The notes: generated by a model not told the origin, from the sequence alone. Shown: positions 35,271-47,600, numbered from the stretch's first letter. The stretch: 64,000 nt of DNA from Lentisphaeria bacterium (GCA_017963105.1 JAGCTY010000111.1:4943-68942); one strand, 5' to 3'. A program made the numbers and translations.

Positions 35271-36404
35271 ATGTCACACATTCCTTTCAACAAGCCTTAT
35301 ATCATAGGGAAAGAGCTCTGGAACATTGCACGTGCCGTTCAGCTTGGCAAGCTCGCCGGCGACGGGTATTTCACGAAACAGTGCAACCACTGGCTGGAAG
35401 AGCATTTTCACGCGCAGAAAGTCCTGCTGACGCATTCCTGCACGGCGGCGCTGGAAATGGCGGCCATCCTCTGCGACATCAAGCCCGGCGACGAGTTCAT
35501 CGTGCCGAGCTACACGTTCGTTTCCACGGTCAATGCGTTCGTCCTGCGCGGCGGCATCCCCGTCTTCATCGACATCCGCCCCGACACCATGAACATCGAC
35601 GAAAAGCTGATCGAACAGGCAATCACCCCGAAAACGAAGGTGATCGTGCCGGTCCATTATGCCGGCATCGGCTGCGACATGGACGCGATCATGGACATTG
35701 CGAAACGCCATAATCTGCTGGTCGTGGAGGACGCCGCCCAGGGCGTATGCGCCACCTACAAAGACAAGTACCTCGGGACAATCGGGCACCTCGGATGCTA
35801 CAGTTTCCATGAGACCAAGAACTTCATTTCCGGAGAAGGGGGCGCGCTCGTCATCAACGATGAACGCTTCTTCGAGCGCTCCGAGATCATCCGCGAAAAA
35901 GGCACCAACCGCAGTCAGTTCTTCCGCGGCATGGTTGACAAATACACCTGGGTCGACATCGGCTCCAGCTACCTCCCCAGCGAGATGATCGCCGCCTTCC
36001 TGTATGCTCAGCTTGAGGAGTCGGACAAGATCACGGAAAAACGCCTCGCGATCTGGAACGAATACCATCGCCGGCTCGCCCCGCTCGAAAAGGCGGGATT
36101 GGTCCGGCGCCCCGTCATTCCGGCGAATTGCGGACACAACGCCCACATGTATTATATTCTCCTGAAAGATCTGGCAACCCGCACGAAACTGATTCAGTAT
36201 CTGAAGGAACGGGATATCAATCCGGTGTTCCACTATGTCCCGCTTCACTCCGCGCCGAAGGGGATCGAGCTCTGCGGAAAGAAATATGACCTGCCGATCA
36301 CGGAGGAATATGCGGACCGGCTTCTGAGGCTGCCGTGCTATTACGAATTATCCATCGAACAGATCGACATGATTGTCAATTTCATTCAATCTTTTTTCGA
36401 ATAA
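35271..36404 (+). CDS. DegT/DnrJ/EryC1/StrS-family sugar aminotransferase, WecE-like (NDP-4-keto-6-deoxyhexose 4-aminotransferase)
   Basis: IPFNKPYIIGKEL...SCTAALEMA...VPSYTFVSTVNAF...SFHETKN (WecE-type PLP-lysine motif). Confidence 0.9.
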   Translation: MSHIPFNKPYIIGKELWNIARAVQLGKLAGDGYFTKQCNHWLEEHFHAQKVLLTHSCTAALEMAAILCDIKPGDEFIVPSYTFVSTVNAFVLRGGIPVFIDIRPDTMNIDEKLIEQAITPKTKVIVPVHYAGIGCDMDAIMDIAKRHNLLVVEDAAQGVCATYKDKYLGTIGHLGCYSFHETKNFISGEGGALVINDERFFERSEIIREKGTNRSQFFRGMVDKYTWVDIGSSYLPSEMIAAFLYAQLEESDKITEKRLAIWNEYHRRLAPLEKAGLVRRPVIPANCGHNAHMYYILLKDLATRTKLIQYLKERDINPVFHYVPLHSAPKGIELCGKKYDLPITEEYADRLLRLPCYYELSIEQIDMIVNFIQSFFE

Positions 36405-36468
36405 AACCCCACACGGAATAGACATTTTTCCCTGATTGTTTTTTCAGGTCTCTCCAGGCGGGAGCACT

Positions 36469-38211
36469 ATGAATATGCCGCGAGATTTCAATGCCGCGAA
36501 ACAAACCGGGGATTCCCGGAACGACATGCCGTCCGAACCCGTCCGGCAGGAACCGGACATCCCCCGGCTCGGGGAATTCGTGCGCTTTTTCCGGCGAGCG
36601 GTCCACCCGTGGCGCTGGGTCTACGCGGGCGTGTTCGCGGGGGTCCTGGTCATCACGGCGGCCGGGTATGTGCTTCCGATCATCCAGAAACGGCTCATCA
36701 ACAACCTGACGGGACGGGAATCGGAAGGCATCTGGCGTCTATTCGTCGTTTCCGGGCTGCTGATGCTCCTGATCCGCTGCGAATCCCTCCTGCGCCAGCG
36801 CATCGTGAACTCGACCGTCCACAAGGTCATGTTCACCCTGAAATCGAGCATCACGGACCGTCTGCTCGACTTGCCGCGCGGGCTGCTCGACCAGCTGGGC
36901 GGCGGCTATCTTTCCGGCCGCCTCGCGGAGGATGTCACCCAGCTTCAGATCTTCTTTTCCAACACGCTCTTCACCGTGCTCGCGAACCTGCTGAAGGTCG
37001 CGGGCGGGCTCGTCCTTCTTTTCTTCCTCAGTCCGTATACCGGGCTCGCCGTCCTCCTCGTATTTCCGTGCTATGCGTTCCTGCTCTACTCCTTCCGCGG
37101 ACGTCACTACGCCGTCTCCCGCGAGATCAGCGAGCTCCACGCCCGCAACCAGCGGCTGCTGGCGTCCTCGCTGGGGAACATCGACCTGGTGAAGACCAGC
37201 GCCGCCGAAGAGCGCGTGGGCGGCGCGATCCGCACGGGGTTCGCCCGCGAGACGCTGTTCCGGCTGCGCGCGGTGAAGCTGTCCAATTCCTTCCTCTTCC
37301 TCACCGGGCTGATCCCGCTCGTCTGCCGGGGGATTCTCGCCGCGGTCGGCATCCACCTCATCCTGAAGGGGCAGTGGACACTCGGTTCTCTCTGGGCGCT
37401 GAACTGCTACATCCAGAACGTCTTCAATCCCGTCGGCCAGCTCTGCGGCGCGTATCCCCTCGCCCAGACAGCCCTCGCCTCATCCGCGCGTCTCATCGAG
37501 CTCCAGCAGGCCACGCGCGAACCCAGGCTCGACTCCGGCACGGACGACTTCGAGCTGAAGGGCGCGCTCGAGCTCCGCGGACTCACGTTCGCGTACCACC
37601 CGGGGCGCACCGTGCTGGACGGCGTCGACCTCGCGCTCGAGCCCGGCGCGAAGCTCCTCGTCTCCGGCCCCTCAGGCTCCGGCAAAAGCACCCTCTTCGC
37701 GCTCATCCTCGGATTCTACAAGCCCGTTTCCGGGGCCATCCTTTTCGACGGACGTCCCCTGGACGACTACAACGTCCGCGCACTCCGCCGCCAGATCGGA
37801 TACCTCGGCCCCTTCCCCGAGTTCATCCCCGCCTCGCTTCGCGCAAACCTTACGCTCGGCTGCCCCGAGCCGCCCTCCGACGACGCCCTCTACGACGCGC
37901 TCGACGCCGCCGGGGCCGGGGACATCGTCCGCGCGCTCCCGCACAGGCTCGACACCGTGCTCACCGAATCCGTCCGCAATTTCTCCGCCGGCGAACGCCT
38001 CCGCTTCGCCCTCGCTCGCGAACTCCTCCGCGGCACACGCGTCCTTCTCCTCGACGAGGCAACCGCCCACCTCGACGCCGACAACGAAACGCGCTTCCTC
38101 GAGACCGTTCTCCGCGTCTTCCGCGACCGTACCGTCCTCATGATCCGCCACACCCCGCACCCGCTCACGGATCCCTTCCCCGTCCTGAAGATCGGCACGC
38201 CGTTCGCCTGA
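36469..38211 (+). CDS. ABC exporter, fused TMD-NBD half-transporter (580 aa)
   Basis: Six-helix TMD then GPSGSGKSTL (Walker A), FSAGERLR (variant signature), VLLLDEATAHLD (Walker B). ATG 36469 has GGGAG upstream. Confidence 0.88.
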   Translation: MNMPRDFNAAKQTGDSRNDMPSEPVRQEPDIPRLGEFVRFFRRAVHPWRWVYAGVFAGVLVITAAGYVLPIIQKRLINNLTGRESEGIWRLFVVSGLLMLLIRCESLLRQRIVNSTVHKVMFTLKSSITDRLLDLPRGLLDQLGGGYLSGRLAEDVTQLQIFFSNTLFTVLANLLKVAGGLVLLFFLSPYTGLAVLLVFPCYAFLLYSFRGRHYAVSREISELHARNQRLLASSLGNIDLVKTSAAEERVGGAIRTGFARETLFRLRAVKLSNSFLFLTGLIPLVCRGILAAVGIHLILKGQWTLGSLWALNCYIQNVFNPVGQLCGAYPLAQTALASSARLIELQQATREPRLDSGTDDFELKGALELRGLTFAYHPGRTVLDGVDLALEPGAKLLVSGPSGSGKSTLFALILGFYKPVSGAILFDGRPLDDYNVRALRRQIGYLGPFPEFIPASLRANLTLGCPEPPSDDALYDALDAAGAGDIVRALPHRLDTVLTESVRNFSAGERLRFALARELLRGTRVLLLDEATAHLDADNETRFLETVLRVFRDRTVLMIRHTPHPLTDPFPVLKIGTPFA

Positions 38212-38349
38212 GATCGTTTCCGCTTTTTTCCTTCAAATAAGCACCTTTTGTTTCCCAAAAACACTCTTTTGTTATCATATTCTCCGGATTCCTCTCTCTT
38301 CCGACCCGCAATCGGCCGGCATTTCCGTCTTTACCCTTTGTCAATTGGC

Positions 38350-38384
38350 TTTTTTCGACAAAAGTTTCAATTTTTTCGACAAAA
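38350..38384 (+). promoter_or_regulatory. Two perfect 14-bp direct repeats spaced 21 bp, upstream of the giant-gene promoter
   Basis: TTTTTTCGACAAAA at 38350-38363 and 38371-38384. Confidence 0.3.
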
Positions 38385-38434
38385 ATCGCCGTTTTTTGAA
38401 ACATCGCATTCGATTCAATATGAACGCATTATGT

Positions 38435-38448
38435 AAATTGATCAATTT
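38435..38448 (+). promoter_or_regulatory. Perfect 14-bp palindrome (candidate operator) containing GATC
   Basis: AAATTGATCAATTT, 40 bp upstream of the -35 box. Confidence 0.3.
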
Positions 38449-38487
38449 TAGTGCGCAATTATAGTCTATTATTTTTGTCATTTTTTC

Positions 38488-38516
38488 TTGACTTTTATAT
38501 TAGATTGTGTTATATT
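38488..38516 (+). promoter_or_regulatory. Strong sigma70-like promoter of the giant-gene operon
   Basis: TTGACT (38488-38493), 17-nt spacer, TATATT (38511-38516), within an AT-rich block about 100 nt upstream of the start codon. Confidence 0.55.
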
Positions 38517-38618
38517 TATGTGCGGAATTATTGAAAATAGACATCACGCGCGACCGCCAAAACCAGGAAGAAGATACGGGTGGAACGCACAAAATCCCGG
38601 AAGGGAAAGGAGCTCGTT

Positions 38619-41600
38619 ATGGCCGACATTTTCGTGAATCCCAGCTGGAACAGCGGCGCTGACCCCATTACCGTTTATGTCTCCGGAAACAATGTATCCA
38701 AGACAAACCCGGGCGACGGGACTTCCGCATCGTGCTACAAAACTCTCGAAGCTGCTTTTTCCGCGGCCTCGGACGGCGACACCATCTATGTCTACAATAA
38801 GTCGTCGAGTTCCTTTGCACTCATTCCCGCAAACACAAGCCAGGCAGATACGGGAGTCTATAAGCTTTCATCCGGCGAGACGTATTCGTATACCGGGGAT
38901 TCGCGGAAGAATCTGGTGGTGCGGATGAACCGGTATGAGGTGGAAGCCGACAAGAATTATGCCATCCTCGTTTCCGGCAACATTACGATGGATTTCCGGG
39001 TTTACAACTCCATCAAACTCGGCAGAGGAAAAGACGGCCAGCACACATCGCTCACGGTCGAAAACGGCGCGGTTTTCCTGCTCCGCAAGATCAGCCCGTA
39101 CACGGCCCAGTGGAATTCCATCACCACGATCGATCAATTTGTCGTCAACGGAGCTACGGCATGCTTTGTCGGTTCCCAAGTCAAGAACGAGGGCGACAAT
39201 AAAAACACATGCGATGCAACCTTTACCGTTACGAACTCGCTCTTCTTTGCCTCCGGCTTCTTTAACAATTACAGCCACAACAGCGGCGATAAAGCCGACG
39301 CCCTCACGGTATCCGGCTCGAATATGACCGTCGGCTACCTCGCGAATGCCGCAAACGGCACATCCATCACCATCGGCTCCGCATCTACCGTTTACTCCGG
39401 GCAGGTTATCAACACAGGCGAGAAGTCCCTGATTTCGGTGTCGGGCAATTCCAAAATGTTCGCCGGAAAGGTCGAAAACCAGGGGACCACGGCAGGAAAA
39501 GGAATCTCGGTAACCAGCGGCTCGGAGTTCACTGTCGCAGCAGAGACCTGGGATAATACTGGCGAGGGTTCCGGTTCCGGCTATGTCCTGGACATGGTCG
39601 GCCTTCAGGCGGGAGCGGCACGCACGATACAGGTTTATGTCCTGAAAAACGGCGACAGCGAATCGAATAAAAAAACATATGAGCTCACCCTCGCAGCGGA
39701 CCAGACGACCGCCAAACTGCGGGCGTCCTATCTGGTAACGGGAGCGACCTATTCCGTCTGGACGAGCGAAGATTCCGACAGGGTCTCGTATCTTTCCCGG
39801 GTATTCGGCGACGGCAGCGTTTCGAATGCCGGCAGGATCACGGTTGACAGCTCGACGTTCAACGCGGGCTCGCTCACCAACAGCTCGTCCGTTTCCGTCG
39901 CATCCTTCACCGATTCCACCGTTCAGGTCAGCGGGACCGTCTCGAACTCCGGCAAAACTGCGAATAGCGGCGGCATGACCATTGAGGATTCCATGTTCGA
40001 GGCCGGGACCTGGGCGGACGTTGTTTTCACCGGAAGCTCCGTCTCGAACTCCGGCACGATCACGGTCACGGCAACAGCCGCTGACAAGCTCGCGTCGTTC
40101 CGCGCGGGCGCGGTGACGAACTCCGGCACGCTCACGGTTTCTTCCACGGAGGATTCCACCTCCGTTTCGACGTTCAACGCGACCTCGCTCACCAACAGCT
40201 CGACCGTTTCCGTCGCATCCTTCACCAATTCCACGGTTCAGGTCAGCGGGACCGTCTCGAACTCCGGCAAAACCGCGAATAGCGGCGGCATGACCATCGA
40301 GGATTCCATGTTCGAGGTCGGAACCTGGGCGGACGACGTTTTCACCGGAAGCGCCGTCTCGAACTCCGGCACACTCTCGGTTTCCGGCTCCGAACTTCGC
40401 GCGGGCGCGATGACGAACTCCGGCTCCATGACCGTCGACAACTCGACGTTCAACGAGGTCTCGCTCAACAACAGTTCGTCCGTTTCTTACGCGGCCTTTA
40501 CCGATTCCGTTGTCTCGTTCAGCGGCTCCGTCTCGAACTCCGGCAAAGCCGCAAATAACGGCGGCATGACCATTGAGGATACCTTGTTCGAGGCCGGGAC
40601 CTGGTCGGACGTTGTTTTCACCGGAAGCTCCGTCTCGAACTCCGGCACGCTCACGGTTTCCGACTCCGTTCTTCGCGCGGGCGCGGTCACGAACTCCGGC
40701 TCCATGACCGTCGACGGCTCGATGTTCAACGCGGCCTCGTTCAACAACAGCGTGGCGGCCTCCTCCGCCGCCCTTACCGATTCCACGGTTCAGATCAGCG
40801 GAACCCTTTCGAACTCCGGCGCGCTCAACCTCACGGACGTCTCCGCCGTGGTCGGGGAACCCGGCAACAACGCGCAATGCTTCACCAATGCGGCTTCCTC
40901 CACGTTCAGGCTGACTTCGACGTCCGCTCATGACTCCACCCTCGCCGTGAACGGCGCCCTGAAGAATAACGGGACGCTCACGATTTCTTCGTCCCCCCTG
41001 ACGATAGCCGTGGCTTCCGGCGCGGCCCGCACGGTCTCGATCCTGATCAAGGACAGCTCCAACAACACCGTTTACAGCAACAATGCGTTCTCCGTCGCCG
41101 CGAACGTCGACAGCATCTCCATTTCCAGTTCGTATTTCACTCCCGGCGCGACCTACTCCGTATCGATCGACGGCGGCGATCCCGTTCTTTATACCATGGC
41201 CTCCACCACCGCCTCGCTCTCGGTCACGGGCAAGGTCACGAACTCCAACACATCCTCCACCCGCGCCGTCATCACGGTGGACGCGTGGTCCACGTTCTCC
41301 GCGGATTCGTTCACGAACAGCAACGGCCGGTTCAACATCGTCTACAATCCCGACAACGCCGGAGCTCTCAGCATCAACAGCTTCGACAACGCAAGCGGCA
41401 TCATCTCGATCGACGTCACGAAGTATCTCGCCAATCGCGAAACGGATCCGGTCGTCACGGTCGACGGGATCAGGATCTCCGCGTCGAACAAGCTGGGCAC
41501 CGTCAGACTGGTCGATTCCAGCGGAAGCACCGTCAACGGCCTCACCTACTACCTCAACAGCGACAACCAGATCGTCATTGCCCCGACCACCCTGTTCGTG

Positions 41601-44600
41601 AACGCGAAATGGACGGACGACGACTCCACCCTTTCCAAGCCCTATACGATTACGTTGACGACCCCGGATCCCGATGATTCGAGCAAGACCGTCTCCGTGA
41701 AATATGAACGCTATAAGGCAGGGGATATAACCGCAGGAGACCCCCCGTACTATGCCTGGAAGTATGGCTCCGATATCGTCTATACCACAGAGGAACCCGA
41801 GAACGGCACCTACGACACCACGGGAACGATTCCCGCCGTCTATGAAAAGGTCGATTCCAGTTTCGTCGTCATAGACAACGTCTCCAAAATGGTGGTCGTG
41901 TTAGACACGTCCGCTTCATTCAACGGCCGGAGCTACAAGCTGGAAAGAGGCGTCAACGCGTTCGCCAACGTGCAGGAAGCGATCGAACATGCCATGCCCG
42001 GGGCCACGATCGTCTTCTACAACATCGGCGACACGAAGGACGTCGAGGACTTCAAGTTCTACAAGCAGGGGCTCGTCACCGTTGACAAGAACCTGATCTT
42101 CGAATCGAACGTGAAGGACAAGGCGGTCAAGCTCGATACGCTCAAGATCGACGAAGCCTGCGAAGCCACGTTCAAAACGGGGCTCTACTCGATGGAAGAC
42201 GCCCTGGACAACGCCGGCACCCTGGACATCGTCTCCGGCACCCGTTTCAACGCCGACCTGGTCAAGAACTCCGGCAAGGGCGTTATTCTCGTCGGGACCG
42301 CCGCCCGCCTCGTGGCCGCCTCCATCGACTCCGGCACCGTCGAGATCCGGACCGGATACGAGGACGTCGACCTCAATTGGCTGGAATGGCCCATGTCCGC
42401 GAAGATCGGCGACAACACAACCCTGAAATTCGTCTATCCCGTTACGGAATACTCCCCCGCGGAACAGGAGGGCGTCGCGTATGAGTACAGGCTCATCGAC
42501 GGCATCCGGAAGCTCGCCGTGGTGGAGACCGTCCGCCCCGGAGGCCGCATCTACATGCAGAAACTCGGCGACGACCAGTATGTCTGCCGCGGCTCCATGG
42601 AGCACGCGTCGGTCGCGGCCGGCGATTGCGATTCCTTCCTCCTCAACACGGAATACGGCGGACTCCTCCTCGTCCGCGACGTGTTCAACCTGTCCGACGC
42701 GGATCTGAACGGCACCTACAGCACCGCGGCAATCTACGTCAACAACACCTGGGCGGGCAACCTCCCCTCCGACACGTTCACGGCGAAAAGCCAGGACATC
42801 ACCTCGAAGCTGACGTTCAGTTTCACCTCCGCGAACCATTCCGCGCGCATGGTGAAAGCTCTTATTTATGATAATAATAACAACATCGTAGAAGAGCATT
42901 TCGTCTCCGTCGGGGACAGCGACACCGGCGAATATGCCGGGGTCGTCGCCCTCTGCACCAATCTCTCCGCAGACAAAACGTATACCGTGAAGGTCATCGA
43001 CGGGGACGCGGCTCCCATCAGCGCGACCGGCGTCGGCGTCACCGCCATCGCGAATCACGAGGTTTCCATTTCCACGGACTATGACGGGAACCAGATCGTC
43101 TACGGGTCCTTCCTCGACGCGATGTCCAGCGCATACATCTTCGGCCATACGATCGGAACGGCCGACGAAGGCATGGTCATCCGCCTGCAGGACAGCTCCG
43201 CCGACCAGTCGGGCACCACCTACATCGAAGGTGTTTTCAAGGGCGGCTCGTATACCGGCCCGGAGAGCAACGTCAGCACATCCGCGATCCCCAAGATCCC
43301 CAACGGCAAATCCTTCTACAACCTGGTCGTCGAACCGGACCGGTACTGGGACGAGACCGCCGGTCAGTGGCGCTACGACAACGTGAGCCTGATCCTGGGC
43401 GGCTCGTTCGGCCAGCAGTACACGTCGAACCTCATCACGTTCCAAAGGCTGAAATACCTGGAAATCAACCAGTTCGTCATCGGCTCGACCGCGAGCAGGA
43501 TGAGCGCCATCGACTTCGTCGACATCGAGGATCTCCGGATCACCACCAAGCTGAAACCGCAGGGCGGCGCCACGATTCGCATCCTGAACTGCAACGTCAC
43601 CAGCGACCAGCATTTCTCCGTGACGGGCGGCACGCTCATCATCGAAAACTCCAACGTCAAGCTCGTCGGGGCGACCGGAAACGGCGCGCTTTCCACGGAG
43701 AACAACTGGGTGGGGTCCGGCACGGTCGTCATCCGCAACTCCGTGTTCACCCTGATCAGCAGCAGCACCGGCGCAAACCCCGTCGTCGTCAACCTGAAGA
43801 TCAATTCCGAATTCGCCATCTCCGGCACATGCACCGTCAACGGCATCTTCACGAACGTCGATGAAGCAGACGGGTCCGACACGTTCATCACATTCCGCGA
43901 CGCGATCCTGGACGAGAATTCGAGCATCCGGGGAGATGAAAACCATGACAACGTCGGCGCATCGCTGCGTTTCGAGGGGTACAACATCCTGGACGGCACC
44001 ACCGTGGAGCAGTACGGCAACAAGTCCATGACCGTGGAGGCCGGCTCGACGGTCGACATGTCCGACGGCGCATTGATCACCGTCGGCGGCGAGGTCGAAG
44101 TCTCGAACTGCGGCAACATCACCCTGGACAACGCCTCCATCTCCGCCGGATCGTTCACGAACGAGGGCAACCTGACCCTGTCGAACGGTTCGGAAGTCCA
44201 GCTCACCGGCGAGTTCACGAACGCCAAGAACGGCACGCTGACCGCCGGGCTCCATTCCGACGGCACGCTCGGGATCACCGGCTCGATCAACAATGAAGGC
44301 ACGGTCTACATCGACCTGAGCCATACCGACCTGCCCGACGGCGAAGACCTGTACATCAATCTTGCGGGCCTCTCCGGCTCGGGCGAAGTGGTCGTCATCG
44401 GCGGCGGCGGAAGCTATGAACCGGAGGAGACGGGAGGCTCAGCACACCCGCCCCGCATCCGCCTGTCCGTCCCGCCGACCAAGACCCTTTATGTAAGCAG
44501 GGAATGGCAGGATGCCGGCGTCTACAGAAAAGGCACGAACGTCGGTTCCTTCACCTATTTCGGATACAACGCCTACGCGGACAACCCGGGCAGCGCGCGC

Positions 44601-47600
44601 GGCCTGGTGTTCAGCAGGGAAACCGCGAAGATCGTCTACTACGGCGGCAACGGCGAAGACGCATTCTGCGACCTGGATCTGTCTGCCGCCGAGAACGCCG
44701 CGAACCAGCTCACGATCACCACGGTCGGCAGCATGGCGTCCACGAAGATGGCGATCGAGTTCGCTTCCGCTCTCGTGGTTGCCCGCGACGCCGATAATGA
44801 CCGTAACATTTCGGTCGTGGTGAAAGAAGGGACCAAGGTCGTCGAAACCAAGAGCCTGTTCATCGCGAAACAGAACGGAAATAACGGGACCACGGCGACG
44901 TTCACCGACATCGATTTCTACTCCGCCAACCTGTCCGCGGATGGCGAATATACCGTCACCGTCGTCGACGGAAACACCACGCTCTACGAACTTGAGTCGT
45001 CGGAATGGTCGGTGACCGGACTTGCCGCCGACCGCGACACGGCGTCCATGGGCGCCCTGACCGTCGGCGAATCGCAGACCGTGACGCTCTTCGGCGCGAC
45101 CATGAGCCTGCATGACAGAACGGCCGCCCCCGCGACGGCTTCCATCACGAACAACGGCACGCTGAAGGTCGGCACCGGGGAAGACGCGGTCCTGGAAATC
45201 CCCGTGGCGCCGTCCGACGCCATGCGCAACGTGAGCGTGAAGATTCAGATCGGAGCGAACGAGGAATACCACACGGTCCAGGCGGCGAAGGGCGCCACCT
45301 CGATCACCGTGGAATCCAACTCGATCTCGCCCGGCCAGCAGTACACGGTTTCGGTCACGGACACCAAACAGATCTCCGCGTCGCACGACGCCGGCACGGG
45401 CCATACCGTGCTGAAGGTGGGCATCCTGAAAGGCAACGGCAACCACGAAAGCACGCGCAGCATCAATGTGACGGCCCAGAACGCGGCGGGCGCAAAATAC
45501 ACCTTCACGAACGTCCAGGTGGCGGGCGACGCCACCGAAGTCGAACTGGATCCCCTCGTGGCCCTCGACAATACGAGCGGCACGGTAACCGGCACGGTCG
45601 CGGAACAGTTCTCGGTCTCGGTCGACGGGAACGGCAACTTCATCCTGACCGCAAAAGGAGAGCATGCTGAACAGAGAGTCAGCGCCTATGTCCAGAAGAC
45701 CGTCGGCGACACGGTGTACCGCTTCGACTACACCTTCGACGTGGCGGCGGGCAGTGCTGCCGGCGAGGTCGGCAGAGTTTCCACGCGCCTCACCACCGAG
45801 GGATATTACTACGTCAAGTCCGAAGAGCCGGCCGTGACCGTGACCGCCACGGTCACCGACAGCTGCATTTCCGGCTCCGTCGTCAAGGCTGAAAGCGTCA
45901 CGAACGACGGAAAACTCATCGTCGCATCGCAGGAGGATTTCGGCAGCCTTTCCCTCACCGGAATCCAGTCGGCGGAGGCCCGCACGGTCCAGGTCACGGT
46001 CAAGGACGGCACATACACCGTCGGGACCTACGACGTCAAGGTCGGCGGCAACTCCACGACCGCCTCCGTCATCTCCACCGATTTCTTCGCCGGAAAGAAC
46101 TACACCGCGAAGGTCACGGACACGTATTACACAGCCGGGTCCGTGTCGGGCAGCGACACGGCGCCGCAGCTGAAGTTCGCATTGGGCGATGTTACCGCCC
46201 CCAGCGTCTTGGTCCAGGTCGCGGACAGCGCCTCCGGCGACCTCGTTGGGACCTACACCGCCACGAGAATCACCGAAGCGGGCGATGATTACGGCAAATA
46301 CACCATCGTCTCCGGCGAATTCGCCGCCGAGACGAGATATACCATATCTTATTACAATACCGTCAAATCGCAGGAAACCCTGGTCGCCAGAACCGAATGC
46401 GTATCGTCGGCCAGTGGTGTTTCGGCTCCGCGTCTGGCGTTTGCGGTCGAAGCGGGCGCCGAACGCACGATCACGGCCGTGGTCAAGGACGGCTCCGGCA
46501 ACATCGTCGGCACGTTCGACGTCATCGTCCACGATTCCGCTGAAACCTGCTACCTCGTATCCAGCGAATTCACCGATACGGCGGCGGATGCCTACACCGT
46601 TTCCATCGCGGGCGAGAACACCTATGACCTGACCGGTTCGTTTACTGCGGCAGCCGAGGATTCGAGAAAGGCCGCGAAACTGGTCCTCGACGTGGACGTG
46701 AACACGGAGGCTTCCCGCTGGATCGAGGTCACGACGAAACCGACGCTGGCCCTGATGACCGGCCTGAACCCCGGACAGTACGGTTATACCATTACCACCG
46801 ACTCCGGCACGGTCGCCGGGACCTGCATCGTCGATTCCGAAGGCAAGACCATCATCAAATCCGATGCGCTGACCGCCGGGACGGAGTATACCGCGACATT
46901 CGATGATGCGGGCTCCACGACCAAAACCGCCGCCGCGGTCGACAAGTATTCGATCTTCGTCGAAAAGGGCGCGCCGACAGCCGAGCTCACGTCCGAGGAT
47001 TTCATGGTCGGAATGGACTATTCCGACGTGACGATCAAGGACGCCTACACCGCCACGGGGGAAGCGGCGGCCGGCACCCTCACGCTGAAGGGACTGACCT
47101 CCTCCGACAAAGTCATCCGTCCCGACGGCGTCCTGCAGCGCACCGTGACCGTCACGGTCATGGACGGCGCATTCAAGGTCGGAACCTATACCATCGAGGA
47201 TTCCGCCATCATCGGCGGCAAGGCGGTCATTTCGGACAGCAAGTTCACGGCGGACACGGATTATACCCTGCTGGTCGAGGACACAAGGACGGTCGTAGTC
47301 ACCGCGGAAACGCTCACCGAGTTCGACGCCGGGGCCGTCACGAACAATGACACCATCACCGTCATCGACGCGACGTTCCATGCGGCGTCGCTCACGAACA
47401 ACGGCACGATCTCGCTCACGAACGCCCTGCTCACGGTCGGAACGACCGACGGAAGCGGCAACTTCATCGGCGGCACGATCACGAACAGCGCCGGCAAGAC
47501 GATCACGCTCGACATGAACTCGCTGATCACCGCCGGGAGCATTGCGAACTCCGGCACGATCACGATCGACGCGAGATTGTTCGATCCCTCGACGACCGAC

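Noticed and set aside
36469-38211. ABC protein as a type I secretion ATPase for the giant proteins
   Set aside because: There is no adjacent membrane-fusion or TolC-like gene and no C39/CLD N-domain. The large proteins lack RTX GGxGxD repeats by eye.
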